DNA of 35,777 bases, from IMG/VR virus record IMGVR_UViG_3300011339_000663, positions 1-35,777 of that record, one strand, 5' to 3'. The stretch comes from a virus (Duplodnaviria; Caudoviricetes). Positions within the stretch are counted from its first letter, which is position 1; each line of letters begins with the position of its first letter. A program made the translations under genes and the position numbers. The notes beneath the pieces were generated by a model. That model saw only the letters and a list, made by a program, of their open reading frames with translations. It had not been told where the DNA came from and made no database searches. Positions 9,376 to 19,199 of the stretch are shown piece after piece.

Positions 9376-9588
9376 ATGTTAGAACTAATTTTTATTGACG
9401 AACTATTGACCTTTGATGGCAATGAATACAGTGTTTCTAATTTAGAACTAACATCTGAGTTTGTTGTCTATGCAACAATTCAAAATGATGTTTATGTTTC
9501 AGTTATAGCTTTGGTTGCCAATCAAACCACTATCAACGGAGTCCTTCAAACATCTGCTCAAATGATTATTGACACACTAAATGCCTAA
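9376..9588 (+). CDS. Small acidic hypothetical protein (possibly fibre-associated)
   Basis: Tightly packed between fibre and next tail gene. Confidence 0.65.
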   Translation: MLELIFIDELLTFDGNEYSVSNLELTSEFVVYATIQNDVYVSVIALVANQTTINGVLQTSAQMIIDTLNA

Positions 9589-11716
9589 TTCATTCTACCG
9601 ATTTCAGCCTGCTTGGAATGCAGGATTCTATCCTGACAACCAAATCACCGCCAATCTTCTTAATGAATTGGCTACAACTGTTGATGCATGGTTACCTGGG
9701 TTTTTCCCAAGCAAAACATTGAGTCAATTGGTTGCAGGGGTTAAGGGTCAAATGGATGCATTCAATGCATATCCATATTTTGGAGGCTTTACATTGACTT
9801 ATCAAACTATTCCTGATTCCCCAAACTATGAATACAACATCAATATTAGGAATGCTGACTTAACTGAGACAGACAATAGTCAGGTTGTAGTAGTTAATGG
9901 ATTTTTCAACAATACAACTAAGGAAGTTCTTAATGCCAGTGTTGTAGCTTTTACTCCAGGCAGTTACTCAGGCACATTTGACTTCTCAGCCATTCCAGTT
10001 GAGGCAGAGGTTGATCGGGCATTGCAGATTGTTGAGCAGAATGGTTCAGCATTCTTCCCAATGACTTACTCTTATGATGCTACAAGTGGCATTGCCACAA
10101 GTGGATTGGCAAGAGGCAAGAACTGGCAGCTTGATTCTTCAGGCAATCCCACAAGGCTTCCTGCCGACACATTGCCTAAAGAGAATGCAAGGACATTCAA
10201 TATTGCACCTCAAACTGCCGAGGATAGGTACTGCATCAGCCTGATGGAGAAGGTTATCAACTTCAGCCTGACTGAGACTGATGAAACATTGATTCAGGCT
10301 TACTTCAACACATTCACTTTGCCTGATGGATGGAGTGGAGGATTAGACATAGATTATGATACTTACACAAGGATTTTCTGCTTGTTGTATCGTGATGACA
10401 GAAGCTTGCTGATGATTGGCAGGCTTGATACCAATTGGCTTTGGCAGAGGTTTATTAACGAAACTGGACTTGGTGATTATAGTTACTTTGGATATTCCTC
10501 AATTACTCCATTGCCTTATTTGCCAAAAACAAGCTTTCAGTGGCTATATGACACTTGGTATGACATGGAGTTTGTGGAGTTTACAGATAGTTGCTATGTA
10601 AGTCCTGAGTTCTATGCCATGCCGGCAATACCTGGAGACAATTGGCAATTCAATGTGCCATCTGATGAGGGAAATCTAACTGGGCTTAATTCGGCTTTGG
10701 TTGGGCTATTCACTCAGGATGGACAATTCATCCAGCAGATAGGTCAGGCCGATTTGCCATCTTATTCTCTTACTGAATATGGCATGTATGGGGCAGCAGG
10801 GGCGAGAGGAACTTATCAAGATTGGTATGATGGTGAATATATTTCTGCATACACTATCAATTTCCAAACAACTGACTGCAATGGTGTAACTACTGGGGAT
10901 ATCCTTGCAACAATTCCAATTGGCGGTATTACAACAGATAGCTTTAATGAGTTTAAATCTGTTGTTGAAGGCTTAGCATGGCCTGCATGGATTTCTGTGG
11001 TTGTAGAATTAGATTCCGCCGGAAAGGTTGAATTTTACTTCACCTTCACTAATCCACCAAGTTGCTTCTGCTCAATTGCTGCATGGCAATTCAATGAGGA
11101 AACAGAAGAGACAGTTTACTTCATTAAGCCTTTGATTTATTCCAATGTTGCAACTCCAACACAATTGCAGGCTACAAGTTTGATTCCAGCAGTTGCTTCA
11201 GGTTGTTACAGGCTTGGAATGTATGATGAAACTGAGGAAAGTTTTTATCTCTACTCCCTAAGCAATATTATTAACATTGATGCCTCAGATTGCTTTTCCA
11301 CCATGCTTGAATTTTGGGCAAATGATAACTCAATTGCTCAGGGGTTTGAGTATTTCAATGGATGGAAGCAGCGCATTAGGCTTGGATTAAATGGAGGAGG
11401 AGCAAAGCCTGTAATTGAAGAAAACTTATACAGGCAATCCAATGGAGTTCATAAAAGGCCTCAGAACAAGCAGGATTTATCATTAGATTTGCATTCAGAT
11501 TTTATTGATGAACAGACTCAGCTTGCGCTTGTTGATGCCACTCGACATCCGTACTTAGTTTGGAACAATAAGTCAATATTTGTGAAGGGAGATATTGATG
11601 TTGCCACCATTCAAGATTTCACAACACAGTCATCATTTGAAACTTTGGCTCAGGTCAAATTTTCGGCACTTCTTCAAGGCTTCCAGCCTAAAAACTCAAG
11701 TTGTTTAACTTGCTAA
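9581..11716 (+). CDS. Putative tail structural protein
   Basis: 711 aa acidic/aromatic protein in tail operon; ends KNSSCLTC. Confidence 0.6.
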   Translation: MPNSFYRFQPAWNAGFYPDNQITANLLNELATTVDAWLPGFFPSKTLSQLVAGVKGQMDAFNAYPYFGGFTLTYQTIPDSPNYEYNINIRNADLTETDNSQVVVVNGFFNNTTKEVLNASVVAFTPGSYSGTFDFSAIPVEAEVDRALQIVEQNGSAFFPMTYSYDATSGIATSGLARGKNWQLDSSGNPTRLPADTLPKENARTFNIAPQTAEDRYCISLMEKVINFSLTETDETLIQAYFNTFTLPDGWSGGLDIDYDTYTRIFCLLYRDDRSLLMIGRLDTNWLWQRFINETGLGDYSYFGYSSITPLPYLPKTSFQWLYDTWYDMEFVEFTDSCYVSPEFYAMPAIPGDNWQFNVPSDEGNLTGLNSALVGLFTQDGQFIQQIGQADLPSYSLTEYGMYGAAGARGTYQDWYDGEYISAYTINFQTTDCNGVTTGDILATIPIGGITTDSFNEFKSVVEGLAWPAWISVVVELDSAGKVEFYFTFTNPPSCFCSIAAWQFNEETEETVYFIKPLIYSNVATPTQLQATSLIPAVASGCYRLGMYDETEESFYLYSLSNIINIDASDCFSTMLEFWANDNSIAQGFEYFNGWKQRIRLGLNGGGAKPVIEENLYRQSNGVHKRPQNKQDLSLDLHSDFIDEQTQLALVDATRHPYLVWNNKSIFVKGDIDVATIQDFTTQSSFETLAQVKFSALLQGFQPKNSSCLTC

Positions 11717-11720
11717 TAAC

Positions 11721-12611
11721 ATGTCAATATTTTCACTCACTTGCCCGGATGTAGGATGCTACCAGAACTTTCTGTGTGATCCTGAGTTCCAAAATAAAAT
11801 CGTCGCAGTTGCCTACGTTAAGAAGTCTGCTGCTCTTACTTCCGTTGAGAAAGCTACTGCCGACTCATGGATTGCTGCTCTTTATGAGAGATACCTTGAT
11901 GGTGAAGGCTACCTTGTGCTTAACACATCAGGAGAGAAGCCAAAGCCCGACACTGCTACCACTGCTGGTAGAGGTATGCAAAACACCAAGGCTCTTGCAA
12001 AGACTCACACTCTGACTTATCAAGACATGCAAGGTGTAGTTCAGAACAATGTTCAGTTCTACAATGACATTCTTGCTTCTGCTCAGAATTATGACTTTTA
12101 CTATTTCACTCCTGGCAGAATTTGGGATGCTTCCGGTTATTATGTGACTGTAATTGGTGACCCAATTATCACAGCTGATTTGAACACCTATCAGATGGCT
12201 GAGGTAACTGTGAACTGGGTGAGCAAGGTCAATCCTTTGCCTTATGAGTTTGATACAGATACTTTCCTTGAGGGCTTGTATTATATCATCAGCTTCACCG
12301 GAGGCTCAGGCAGCACTTACATTGGCAACACTATTACAAGTGGATGCACAGACCCACAGACTGTTACTTTTTCAGCTGTTCTTAACATAGGTACTATCTC
12401 AGGCGCACCTGCTCAAAGCTGGTCAATTGATGAAGTAAGTGGTAGTGATGATATTACTGCAATTTCACTTGTAATGGATAATACTACTGGTGTTATTACT
12501 TGGAGTCCTGTTGTTGATGGCACTTACATCTTCACAGTTACTGTTACAAATGAGTACGGTTGCGTATTTGGTCAGGAGACAATTACACTTAATGTTGCTT
12601 GTGCAGCTTAA
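11721..12611 (+). CDS. Putative major tail tube protein with C-terminal Ig-like domain
   Basis: 296 aa; C-terminal TTGVITWSP...GTYIFTVTVTN resembles cadherin/putative-Ig repeat; position in tail operon. Confidence 0.6.
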   Translation: MSIFSLTCPDVGCYQNFLCDPEFQNKIVAVAYVKKSAALTSVEKATADSWIAALYERYLDGEGYLVLNTSGEKPKPDTATTAGRGMQNTKALAKTHTLTYQDMQGVVQNNVQFYNDILASAQNYDFYYFTPGRIWDASGYYVTVIGDPIITADLNTYQMAEVTVNWVSKVNPLPYEFDTDTFLEGLYYIISFTGGSGSTYIGNTITSGCTDPQTVTFSAVLNIGTISGAPAQSWSIDEVSGSDDITAISLVMDNTTGVITWSPVVDGTYIFTVTVTNEYGCVFGQETITLNVACAA

Positions 12612-12621
12612 TTAATTAGAG

Positions 12622-14583
12622 ATGGAGGAGTTAATTGGACAATTATTTTCAACTCTTATGGATCGGGAGATTCGTGAGGGAAAACTTGAGTACATTGAAT
12701 GTGCCAGGGAGAAGGCTGAAGAGTTAGAGTATCACTTTGAAAATGAATATCCAACTAAACTCCTCCTTACTCAACATCCTTCTGAAGAGCCATGGATGAA
12801 GGATTACAGAAAGCGCAGATGGCAAGCACCAACTACCACAGCAACAGGCAGAGTCTTTAACTTCTTACAAAAGATTCAGCAGGCTGATGACTTTAAAATC
12901 ACTTTTGAATCAGACTTTAGTAAGACAGGCATTGCCGAAAGGATAGGACTTCAGGATAATACCTTGAAGTTCTATGTTGAGAATACACTGCCTAAGTTTG
13001 GCAGTCTTGAGACATGGGCTTTCAATGTGTTTCTTAAGACTTATCTTCAAGATGCCAATGCAATTGTGGCAGTTCTACCCAACTTTGATGAGTTCATTGA
13101 GAACCCGGCAGGGGTTACAACTTTAGATTGGCTCAGGCCTTATCCTCAAACAATTGAATCAGAAGATTTGATTTATGAGGAAGAAACATTTGTCATCATA
13201 AAAGTTGAGGAATATGAGGACATGAATCGCAAGAAATGGGATCAATTCTTGTGTATAACTATAAAAGGCTTGGTTCTATTCAGGCAAGTCAATCAATATA
13301 CTTATGACAATCCGTTCCAAGTTTTTATTCTCCCTTATACATTCACCTACCTCCCTGTTGTCAAGGTTGGAAGTGTTATTTATGAAGAGGAAGATGGACA
13401 TTTGGTTTTTGATTCGGTTCTTGCTCCTTGTCTGCCTGCTTGGAATGAAGTACTATTTCGGACAGATGATTTAAATATCCTTTGGGCTACTCATGCTCTG
13501 CCTCAGAAGTGGGCATTGAAAATGAGTCCTTGTAAGACCTGCAATGGCACAGGACAGCGCACAAATAGAAAGGAGGAGAGAGTAGGCTGTAATGATTGCC
13601 AAGGCTCAGGAAGAGCCTCAAGCAGTCCATTTGGCCTGATGGAGATTAACATTGACAGAGTTTCGGCTGTTAATCCTAATCCACTTGTTCCACCAGTGCC
13701 TCCAGCTGGATACATTGAAAGACCTACTGAAACAGTTAGGCTATTCCAGGAGGACATCATTCAGAAAGAGTTTCAAGGCTTCAAAGCCATTGGCTTGGAA
13801 TTGCTTGGTCAGATTCCAGCTGCTCAGTCAGGTATTGCCAAAGAGTATGACAGAAAGGAATTAAACACCTTCTGCTATTCAGTGACTGTCCACTTGGCTC
13901 AGGTTTACAATAAAGTTTGCTTCCACATCCTTTATCAGAGATACAACAGCCTATTTGCTTCCTCTCTAATGGATAGTGATAAGGTCAAAGCAGCATTGCC
14001 ACAGATTACTGTGCCTACTGACTTTGATGTAATGACCACTGACATGATTGGTGAGATGCTGACTAAGGCAAGACAAGGCAACTTTGACCCATTGATTATC
14101 TCAGGAATTGAGGATGATTATGTTGAGAAGCTTTATGGTGAAAACTCAATGCAGCAGACTTATCTAAAGATATTGAAGCAGCTTGATCCATTGCCTTATA
14201 AGACAATTGATGAAAAGACTCTGCTTCTAAATAGCCAAGGATGCACTGCTCAGGATTATGTGCTAAGTGCTAACCTTCCCGCATTTGTCATGCAGCTTGT
14301 GGATAATGATGCTACCTGGTATGATAAGCCAGTGCAAATTCAGAGGGCAGATGTTTATGCCTTAGCTATGGGTAAACAAATTGAAATTAAATCAGGCATT
14401 GTTCCTTTGATGGATGATAGTGATGCGACTACTCCTGCAATGGAGGCTGATAACCTTGGTAAGCTTCCTTTAGCAATTCAGCAGTTATCTCTTGCAGCTG
14501 AGAGGGCAAACAAGTCAGGCAATGCTAAACTGTTTAAGGTTTTGAATGATAAGATTAACAACCTTATCTCTGAGATAGGTTAG
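12622..14583 (+). CDS. Putative portal protein with internal DnaJ-like zinc finger
   Basis: 653 aa directly upstream of minor head protein; QSGIAKEYDR resembles portal SG-x-A motif; CKTCNGTG...CNDCQGSG. Confidence 0.7.
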   Translation: MEELIGQLFSTLMDREIREGKLEYIECAREKAEELEYHFENEYPTKLLLTQHPSEEPWMKDYRKRRWQAPTTTATGRVFNFLQKIQQADDFKITFESDFSKTGIAERIGLQDNTLKFYVENTLPKFGSLETWAFNVFLKTYLQDANAIVAVLPNFDEFIENPAGVTTLDWLRPYPQTIESEDLIYEEETFVIIKVEEYEDMNRKKWDQFLCITIKGLVLFRQVNQYTYDNPFQVFILPYTFTYLPVVKVGSVIYEEEDGHLVFDSVLAPCLPAWNEVLFRTDDLNILWATHALPQKWALKMSPCKTCNGTGQRTNRKEERVGCNDCQGSGRASSSPFGLMEINIDRVSAVNPNPLVPPVPPAGYIERPTETVRLFQEDIIQKEFQGFKAIGLELLGQIPAAQSGIAKEYDRKELNTFCYSVTVHLAQVYNKVCFHILYQRYNSLFASSLMDSDKVKAALPQITVPTDFDVMTTDMIGEMLTKARQGNFDPLIISGIEDDYVEKLYGENSMQQTYLKILKQLDPLPYKTIDEKTLLLNSQGCTAQDYVLSANLPAFVMQLVDNDATWYDKPVQIQRADVYALAMGKQIEIKSGIVPLMDDSDATTPAMEADNLGKLPLAIQQLSLAAERANKSGNAKLFKVLNDKINNLISEIG

Positions 14584-14588
14584 GCACT

Positions 14589-15455
14589 ATGGATGAAAAG
14601 CAGTTAGCCATCATCAGGAAGATTCAGCAGATTCAGCTGGACATTGAGAATGGGATGGCTGATGCTTTGCCTAAAGTATTTAAGACCTTAAGCACAGAAG
14701 TAATTGACTTAGCCTCTGAACTTAACCTTAATCCAAAGGATCGGGCTAAGACTCTCAGAGAGATGGTCAAGCTAAAGAAGGACATTGCTGACACCATTGT
14801 CAATAATGCAGCCTATCAGACTGAGGTGGTTGCTGTGATTAATGGCTACAAGGCTCTTGCAGAAGCATCTAATGAATATTTAAGTCTAATCCTTGATGAC
14901 TTTAGCCCGAAAACTGAACTTTATAAAGCTATTCTTGAGACTAATATTGAGGTTACTAAGGATGCTCTTATAGGAGGAGGCATAAGAAACAACTTCAGCA
15001 ATGCCATTCAGGAAGTTCTAAAGAGCAACATTGCCGGAGTAAGCAATAGGGCAGAGTTAAACAAGACTCTAAGGCAGTTTATTGAAGGCACACCGGATGA
15101 TTTGCCATTTTTGAATAGATATATCAAGCAGACAACCAATGACTCTGTAATGGCCTTTAATGCAGAGTATATTCAAACAGTAAGTGAGGACTTAGGTGTT
15201 GAATACTATTTGTATGCAGGGACAATCATTGAGGACACAAGGCCTTTCTGCTCGGCAAGGACTGGCAGATTCTTCACTACTGACCAGGTTAAGCAGTGGG
15301 CTAACTTAAAAGGATGGCAAGGAAGGATGGCAGGCACTAATGCCAATACAATCTTTATTTATAGAGGAGGATATAATTGCAGGCATCAATTGTGGCCTGT
15401 GTCTAAAGAGCAATATGATTCAGCCTCAGAAGCTGGCAGAACAGGAGTCAAGTAA
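14589..15455 (+). CDS. Minor head protein (Mu gpF / SPP1 gp7-like)
   Basis: DTRPFC and GGYNCRH motifs. Confidence 0.82.
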   Translation: MDEKQLAIIRKIQQIQLDIENGMADALPKVFKTLSTEVIDLASELNLNPKDRAKTLREMVKLKKDIADTIVNNAAYQTEVVAVINGYKALAEASNEYLSLILDDFSPKTELYKAILETNIEVTKDALIGGGIRNNFSNAIQEVLKSNIAGVSNRAELNKTLRQFIEGTPDDLPFLNRYIKQTTNDSVMAFNAEYIQTVSEDLGVEYYLYAGTIIEDTRPFCSARTGRFFTTDQVKQWANLKGWQGRMAGTNANTIFIYRGGYNCRHQLWPVSKEQYDSASEAGRTGVK

Positions 15456-15644
15456 TTACTCAATCCTTAGAACTTTATAATAAGGAGCAGGCACATGCTT
15501 TGCCTTAGTTGGATGCTTCTTGCTCCTAAATGGTCTGCCTCTGCCAATATAAGTTTCCCATCTATCAACAGTGGCATTATACTTAAATCTCTTGTAACAA
15601 CTTGAGAGAAGTATGCACAATGTAAGCACCAAAAGAAGCCTCAT
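15456..15644 (-). CDS. Small basic lipoprotein
   Basis: Signal peptide with lipobox MRLLLVLTLCILLSSC; ATGA overlap with upstream gene. Confidence 0.6.
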   Translation of the reverse strand: MRLLLVLTLCILLSSCYKRFKYNATVDRWETYIGRGRPFRSKKHPTKAKHVPAPYYKVLRIE

Positions 15645-16147
15645 AATGACTTGTCAAGTTCATTCAAGTCTGATATAGGCAACAGATGTCTTTGCTCAAC
15701 AATTATCCTAAGTCCATAGCCTAAGTCTTTGAGTTCAGAAACATTTTTAATTTCCTCCTTCTTGATGTAGCCTAATATTTCCACAGACATTTCAGGCTCT
15801 GAGCAGTAGCAAAGGACAAACAAATCTGCAATTATTTCTTTGAGGTTATTAAAAACAAGCCTGCCAGTCTTATACTTGGTGGACTTAACTTGAATGTTGT
15901 AAGAGCCAAGCATAAGGTCAGTCTCTCCACCATCTCCATCCAGGTTAATACTTGTGTCAAATGGAAGTCCTAAGTACTTAGCCACAGCATATTCACCCAT
16001 TACACCCAACATGTCTGCTTGCTCTTGGGTGTTTCCCCATCTTGCAACAGATTGTCTATTGGGTTTTATTATATCCTTAAGATAATGTCTACCTGATGCT
16101 AATACTTTGAGAAACTTGATTTCTCTATCTGTAAAATTGATGGACAC
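15641..16147 (-). CDS. Putative PD-(D/E)xK-fold nuclease-like protein
   Basis: GVMGEYAVAKYL...TDL...IQVKS arrangement. Confidence 0.55.
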   Translation of the reverse strand: MSINFTDREIKFLKVLASGRHYLKDIIKPNRQSVARWGNTQEQADMLGVMGEYAVAKYLGLPFDTSINLDGDGGETDLMLGSYNIQVKSTKYKTGRLVFNNLKEIIADLFVLCYCSEPEMSVEILGYIKKEEIKNVSELKDLGYGLRIIVEQRHLLPISDLNELDKSL

Positions 16148-16194
16148 TTCATAAATCAGTTTGCAATAATAAGCGAAAAAAAGGATATTTGGGT

Positions 16195-16326
16195 ATGAAA
16201 AAAGCCAAAACCAGCACTAATTCGGCTGCTAAAATCACATTTGGCAAGCGAAGAGAAGGTAAGCACAGGAAAGCCAACAGGCCAAAGGATAGCAGAGCCA
16301 AGAAGTATAAAGGACAAGGAAGATAA
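16195..16326 (+). CDS. 43-aa highly basic protein ending KKYKGQGR (not in ORF track)
   Basis: ATG 16195 to TAA 16324-16326; TAATG overlap with next gene. Confidence 0.75.
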   Translation: MKKAKTSTNSAAKITFGKRREGKHRKANRPKDSRAKKYKGQGR

Positions 16327-16559
16327 TGGCAGACAAGAAGTTTAAAACCAAGGTCAATGGTAAGACTGTTAAGTTCGGGGCAAAGGGTTATTCCATTGCT
16401 CCAGGCACTGCAAAGGGTGATAACTATTGTGCAAGATCATCAGGCATTAAGAAATGTGCAAAGCCACCATGTGCCAATGATTTAAGCCGAAAGGCTTGGG
16501 GTTGTGTTGGCAAAAAGTCTGTTAAAAGTGCTGCTAAAAAGTTCACTCGGATTAAGTAA
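16326..16559 (+). CDS. Small basic protein (KTVKFG...YCARS...W type)
   Basis: Lys-rich, translationally coupled to upstream ORF. Confidence 0.75.
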   Translation: MADKKFKTKVNGKTVKFGAKGYSIAPGTAKGDNYCARSSGIKKCAKPPCANDLSRKAWGCVGKKSVKSAAKKFTRIK

Positions 16560-16568
16560 TTTTACAAA

Positions 16569-16928
16569 ATGCAACTGAAGCACTTTACACTTTCAGAATT
16601 TGATTCACCTGATGCACCTGGTTCAGGGGCTAAGATGAAGCCTGAGTTTTTGCAAAGGCTTGATAATGCTCGGTCAATTGCTAAAATTCCATTTGGCATC
16701 AACTCAGGGTTCAGGACAGCAGCCCATAATGCTAAGGTTGGAGGTGTTGATTCAAGCAGTCATACACAAGGATGGGCAGCAGATATTGCTTGTAAGGATG
16801 GGGCTAAGAGATGGATTATGATTAATGCTCTCCTCAAGGCCGGTATAAACAGAATAGGAGTTTCAAGCAGCTTTATTCATGCTGATTGTGACCCAACAAA
16901 GCCAGCCAATGTGATTTGGACTTATTAA
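16569..16928 (+). CDS. Endolysin, peptidase M15 family zinc peptidase
   Basis: SGFRT..HN..VGG...SSH..GWAAD and FIHAD zinc ligands. Confidence 0.9.
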   Translation: MQLKHFTLSEFDSPDAPGSGAKMKPEFLQRLDNARSIAKIPFGINSGFRTAAHNAKVGGVDSSSHTQGWAADIACKDGAKRWIMINALLKAGINRIGVSSSFIHADCDPTKPANVIWTY

Positions 16929-16929
16929 A

Positions 16930-17220
16930 ATGACAGCTGAACTAAAGGATGAATTAATAAAATTTGGGTTTGACCTTCCTGCTTATGGGGCAATAATGCT
17001 AACCAAGATTGCAGATGTCAATACAAGCAATTTTTCGGAGTTAGAGAAGTACATGTATGATCACGGTTGGCTGTGGTTACTTGTCCTCCGGTTTGGAAAT
17101 GTGATTTGGGACTTACATCATAAACTCAGCAAGCATGTTACAATATATGAAGCTGGAGAGGCTTTAAAGATTACTGGATATGCTAAAATATTTAGAGAAC
17201 TTAAAAAACTACTGCAATGA
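16930..17220 (+). CDS. Hypothetical membrane-associated protein in lysis cassette
   Basis: Follows endolysin; hydrophobic segment GWLWLLVL. Confidence 0.6.
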   Translation: MTAELKDELIKFGFDLPAYGAIMLTKIADVNTSNFSELEKYMYDHGWLWLLVLRFGNVIWDLHHKLSKHVTIYEAGEALKITGYAKIFRELKKLLQ

Positions 17221-17534
17221 GAAAAGTTGAAACTATGTGGCTATTTGCCTTCTTTATTATTTACATTGCCTATGATAGATTCCATGCCTATGATGTTGAA
17301 TCAAAAATTAGTGATGATGTTCAGTACTTGGCGAAGAGTTGCATCAGTTCAGGCATTGACTTGGCAAACATTAATCAGAGGGTTGATAGTCTGCACAAGC
17401 AGAATGAAGCATTGGCTAAGACTGTCTTATATTTGGATTCATGCAATCAGTCCAAGGCACAAAAAGCAGACAAAGCGGAGAGAAGAGGCAAATTCGTGGG
17501 AGGGCTAATCAAAGGTCTGTTCCCGGGAATTTGA
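17217..17534 (+). CDS. Membrane-anchored coiled-coil protein (spanin-like candidate)
   Basis: N-terminal TM plus coiled coil; ATGA overlap; lysis cassette. Confidence 0.55.
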   Translation: MRKVETMWLFAFFIIYIAYDRFHAYDVESKISDDVQYLAKSCISSGIDLANINQRVDSLHKQNEALAKTVLYLDSCNQSKAQKADKAERRGKFVGGLIKGLFPGI

Positions 17535-17758
17535 GTTCTCATCTGTATTCAAAGAGAATGCAAGTCTATGCCTACACTTGCACTTCAGTTGTCCTTGTAG
17601 GCATGCTTCTTGGCACTGGGTACTTATACCAAGTAGAGAAAGTAAGTGCATCTGACAGCGTGCTGATGTTCATTCTTGGTCAAGTACTCGGTGCTTGGGT
17701 AGCATTGACAAACAAGATATTCAGAATTACTGCTCCTGCAATTTCTCAAGATAACTAA
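17531..17758 (+). CDS. Two-TM protein, holin candidate
   Basis: Probable TTG start 17531 (TTGA overlap) or ATG 17558; two hydrophobic helices. Confidence 0.55.
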   Translation: MSSHLYSKRMQVYAYTCTSVVLVGMLLGTGYLYQVEKVSASDSVLMFILGQVLGAWVALTNKIFRITAPAISQDN

Positions 17759-17771
17759 CTAAATTGCATCC

Positions 17772-18809
17772 ATGAATTGCTTGCAGAATTACATAGGCTT
17801 ACAAGGTTGCACTACTGATGCACCTCTGTCGGGGTTATACATTAATGATTATCCTGGCATGTCTTCTGAACTTCTTGAGAAGATTGCCACACCGGAGCAG
17901 GCTTCTTATGTAGGCATGTGGAATTCTGCACAAGCTGTGTCTTATCAGAGAATTAAGAGAGACATTCAGCTTGCCTTATTTGAATCAGCAGAGGCTCAAC
18001 TTGATCAGGTTCTATTTCAGACCAGCAAAAACTTTGTTCAGCAGTGGCAGCAGATTCAGACTGTTGCTCCTGAGGCTATTTTGAAGGGAGCATTTGTAAG
18101 CATTCAGGGAAGTAAGTATCTAAGCCTCCGCATCAAGCAATTGTTTGTCTATAATGCAGGAAGTGTAACCGTGACAAATTGTCCCTGGTTCATTTATCAG
18201 ACTCAGGATGGGAAGATACTTGACCAAGGCACTTATGATGTTGCACCAGGAATGAATTACATTCCTATCAACAATGAGTTCTACTCAGACTTTGATAAAA
18301 TAAATATCATGGCTGCTGTTGATTGCACCAACTTAGAAACCACTACAGGGATGTTTGTGGATTGGGGATGGAATCAAATGGACTTAGAATGTGCCACAAG
18401 ATTCACTTATCTGTGGCGCAATGGTTGGAGCATCTTCCCTGTGACTGCTCCTTTAGGTTATGGCTTTGGAGATAGTTGGAGTCAGGACAATAGCCAATCA
18501 GGTATCTACATGGATGCTCAATTGCTCTGCTCACTTGATAGCTTCATCTGTCAGCAGAAAGAGTTTCTTGTTGATGCTTGGGCAAACCTGCTTTGCTATC
18601 AGATCCTATGGGCTAAGGTTGCAAGCCCAAGAGCTAACTACTTCAGCCAAGGCAACAGAGAGTTTACTGAGAGAGCAATGGCTACCTTCTTGGATGGTTA
18701 CAATCAGTCGCTTGCAATATGGGCAAGACAGTTGAACCTAAGAGGTGAAGGCTTGTGCTTTAATTGCGACAATGCCGGACTGATTCAGCAAGGATTTGTG
18801 AGGCCTTAA
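17772..18809 (+). CDS. Putative virion structural protein (head-tail adaptor candidate)
   Basis: 345 aa, Cys at both termini, GLYINDYPG; function inferred only. Confidence 0.5.
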   Translation: MNCLQNYIGLQGCTTDAPLSGLYINDYPGMSSELLEKIATPEQASYVGMWNSAQAVSYQRIKRDIQLALFESAEAQLDQVLFQTSKNFVQQWQQIQTVAPEAILKGAFVSIQGSKYLSLRIKQLFVYNAGSVTVTNCPWFIYQTQDGKILDQGTYDVAPGMNYIPINNEFYSDFDKINIMAAVDCTNLETTTGMFVDWGWNQMDLECATRFTYLWRNGWSIFPVTAPLGYGFGDSWSQDNSQSGIYMDAQLLCSLDSFICQQKEFLVDAWANLLCYQILWAKVASPRANYFSQGNREFTERAMATFLDGYNQSLAIWARQLNLRGEGLCFNCDNAGLIQQGFVRP

Positions 18810-18919
18810 CACCTCGCTGAAATCAACGGCATGTACGGAAAATTGCCGTACAAGTCTGTCACAAAAGTTGCCGATATTTGCGACAACTATTGCATCCCTT
18901 CCGGTAGTCCCAGTTGGTC

Positions 18920-18948
18920 AATGCCCTCAGAAATGGGGGCATTTCGTT
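18920..18948. terminator. Hairpin between convergent transcription units
   Basis: AATGCCCTCA-GAAA-TGGGGGCATT. Confidence 0.65.
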
Positions 18949-19199
18949 TAATGATTATGCGGAGTGTATGGAATTGGAAACCATCCAACTACTTTGTCAA
19001 TACCATAGCCAAAATTAACAGTATGCCATTTACCTCCTTCATAATAACCAATTGCCTCATCATAGATTTCATCATTAGGACACCATAATAAGACAACAAC
19101 ATTATTATGATTAACCGGAGGAGTCTTAGGAGAAACCCATCCACATTCTGTAGGTATAAATTTTTGATCCATAACTTTAAAACTTCTCTGCTTGTTCAA
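18948..19199 (-). CDS. DUF551-like hypothetical protein
   Basis: WVSPKTPP...VVGWFPIP pattern. Confidence 0.65.
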   Translation of the reverse strand: MNKQRSFKVMDQKFIPTECGWVSPKTPPVNHNNVVVLLWCPNDEIYDEAIGYYEGGKWHTVNFGYGIDKVVGWFPIPYTPHNH

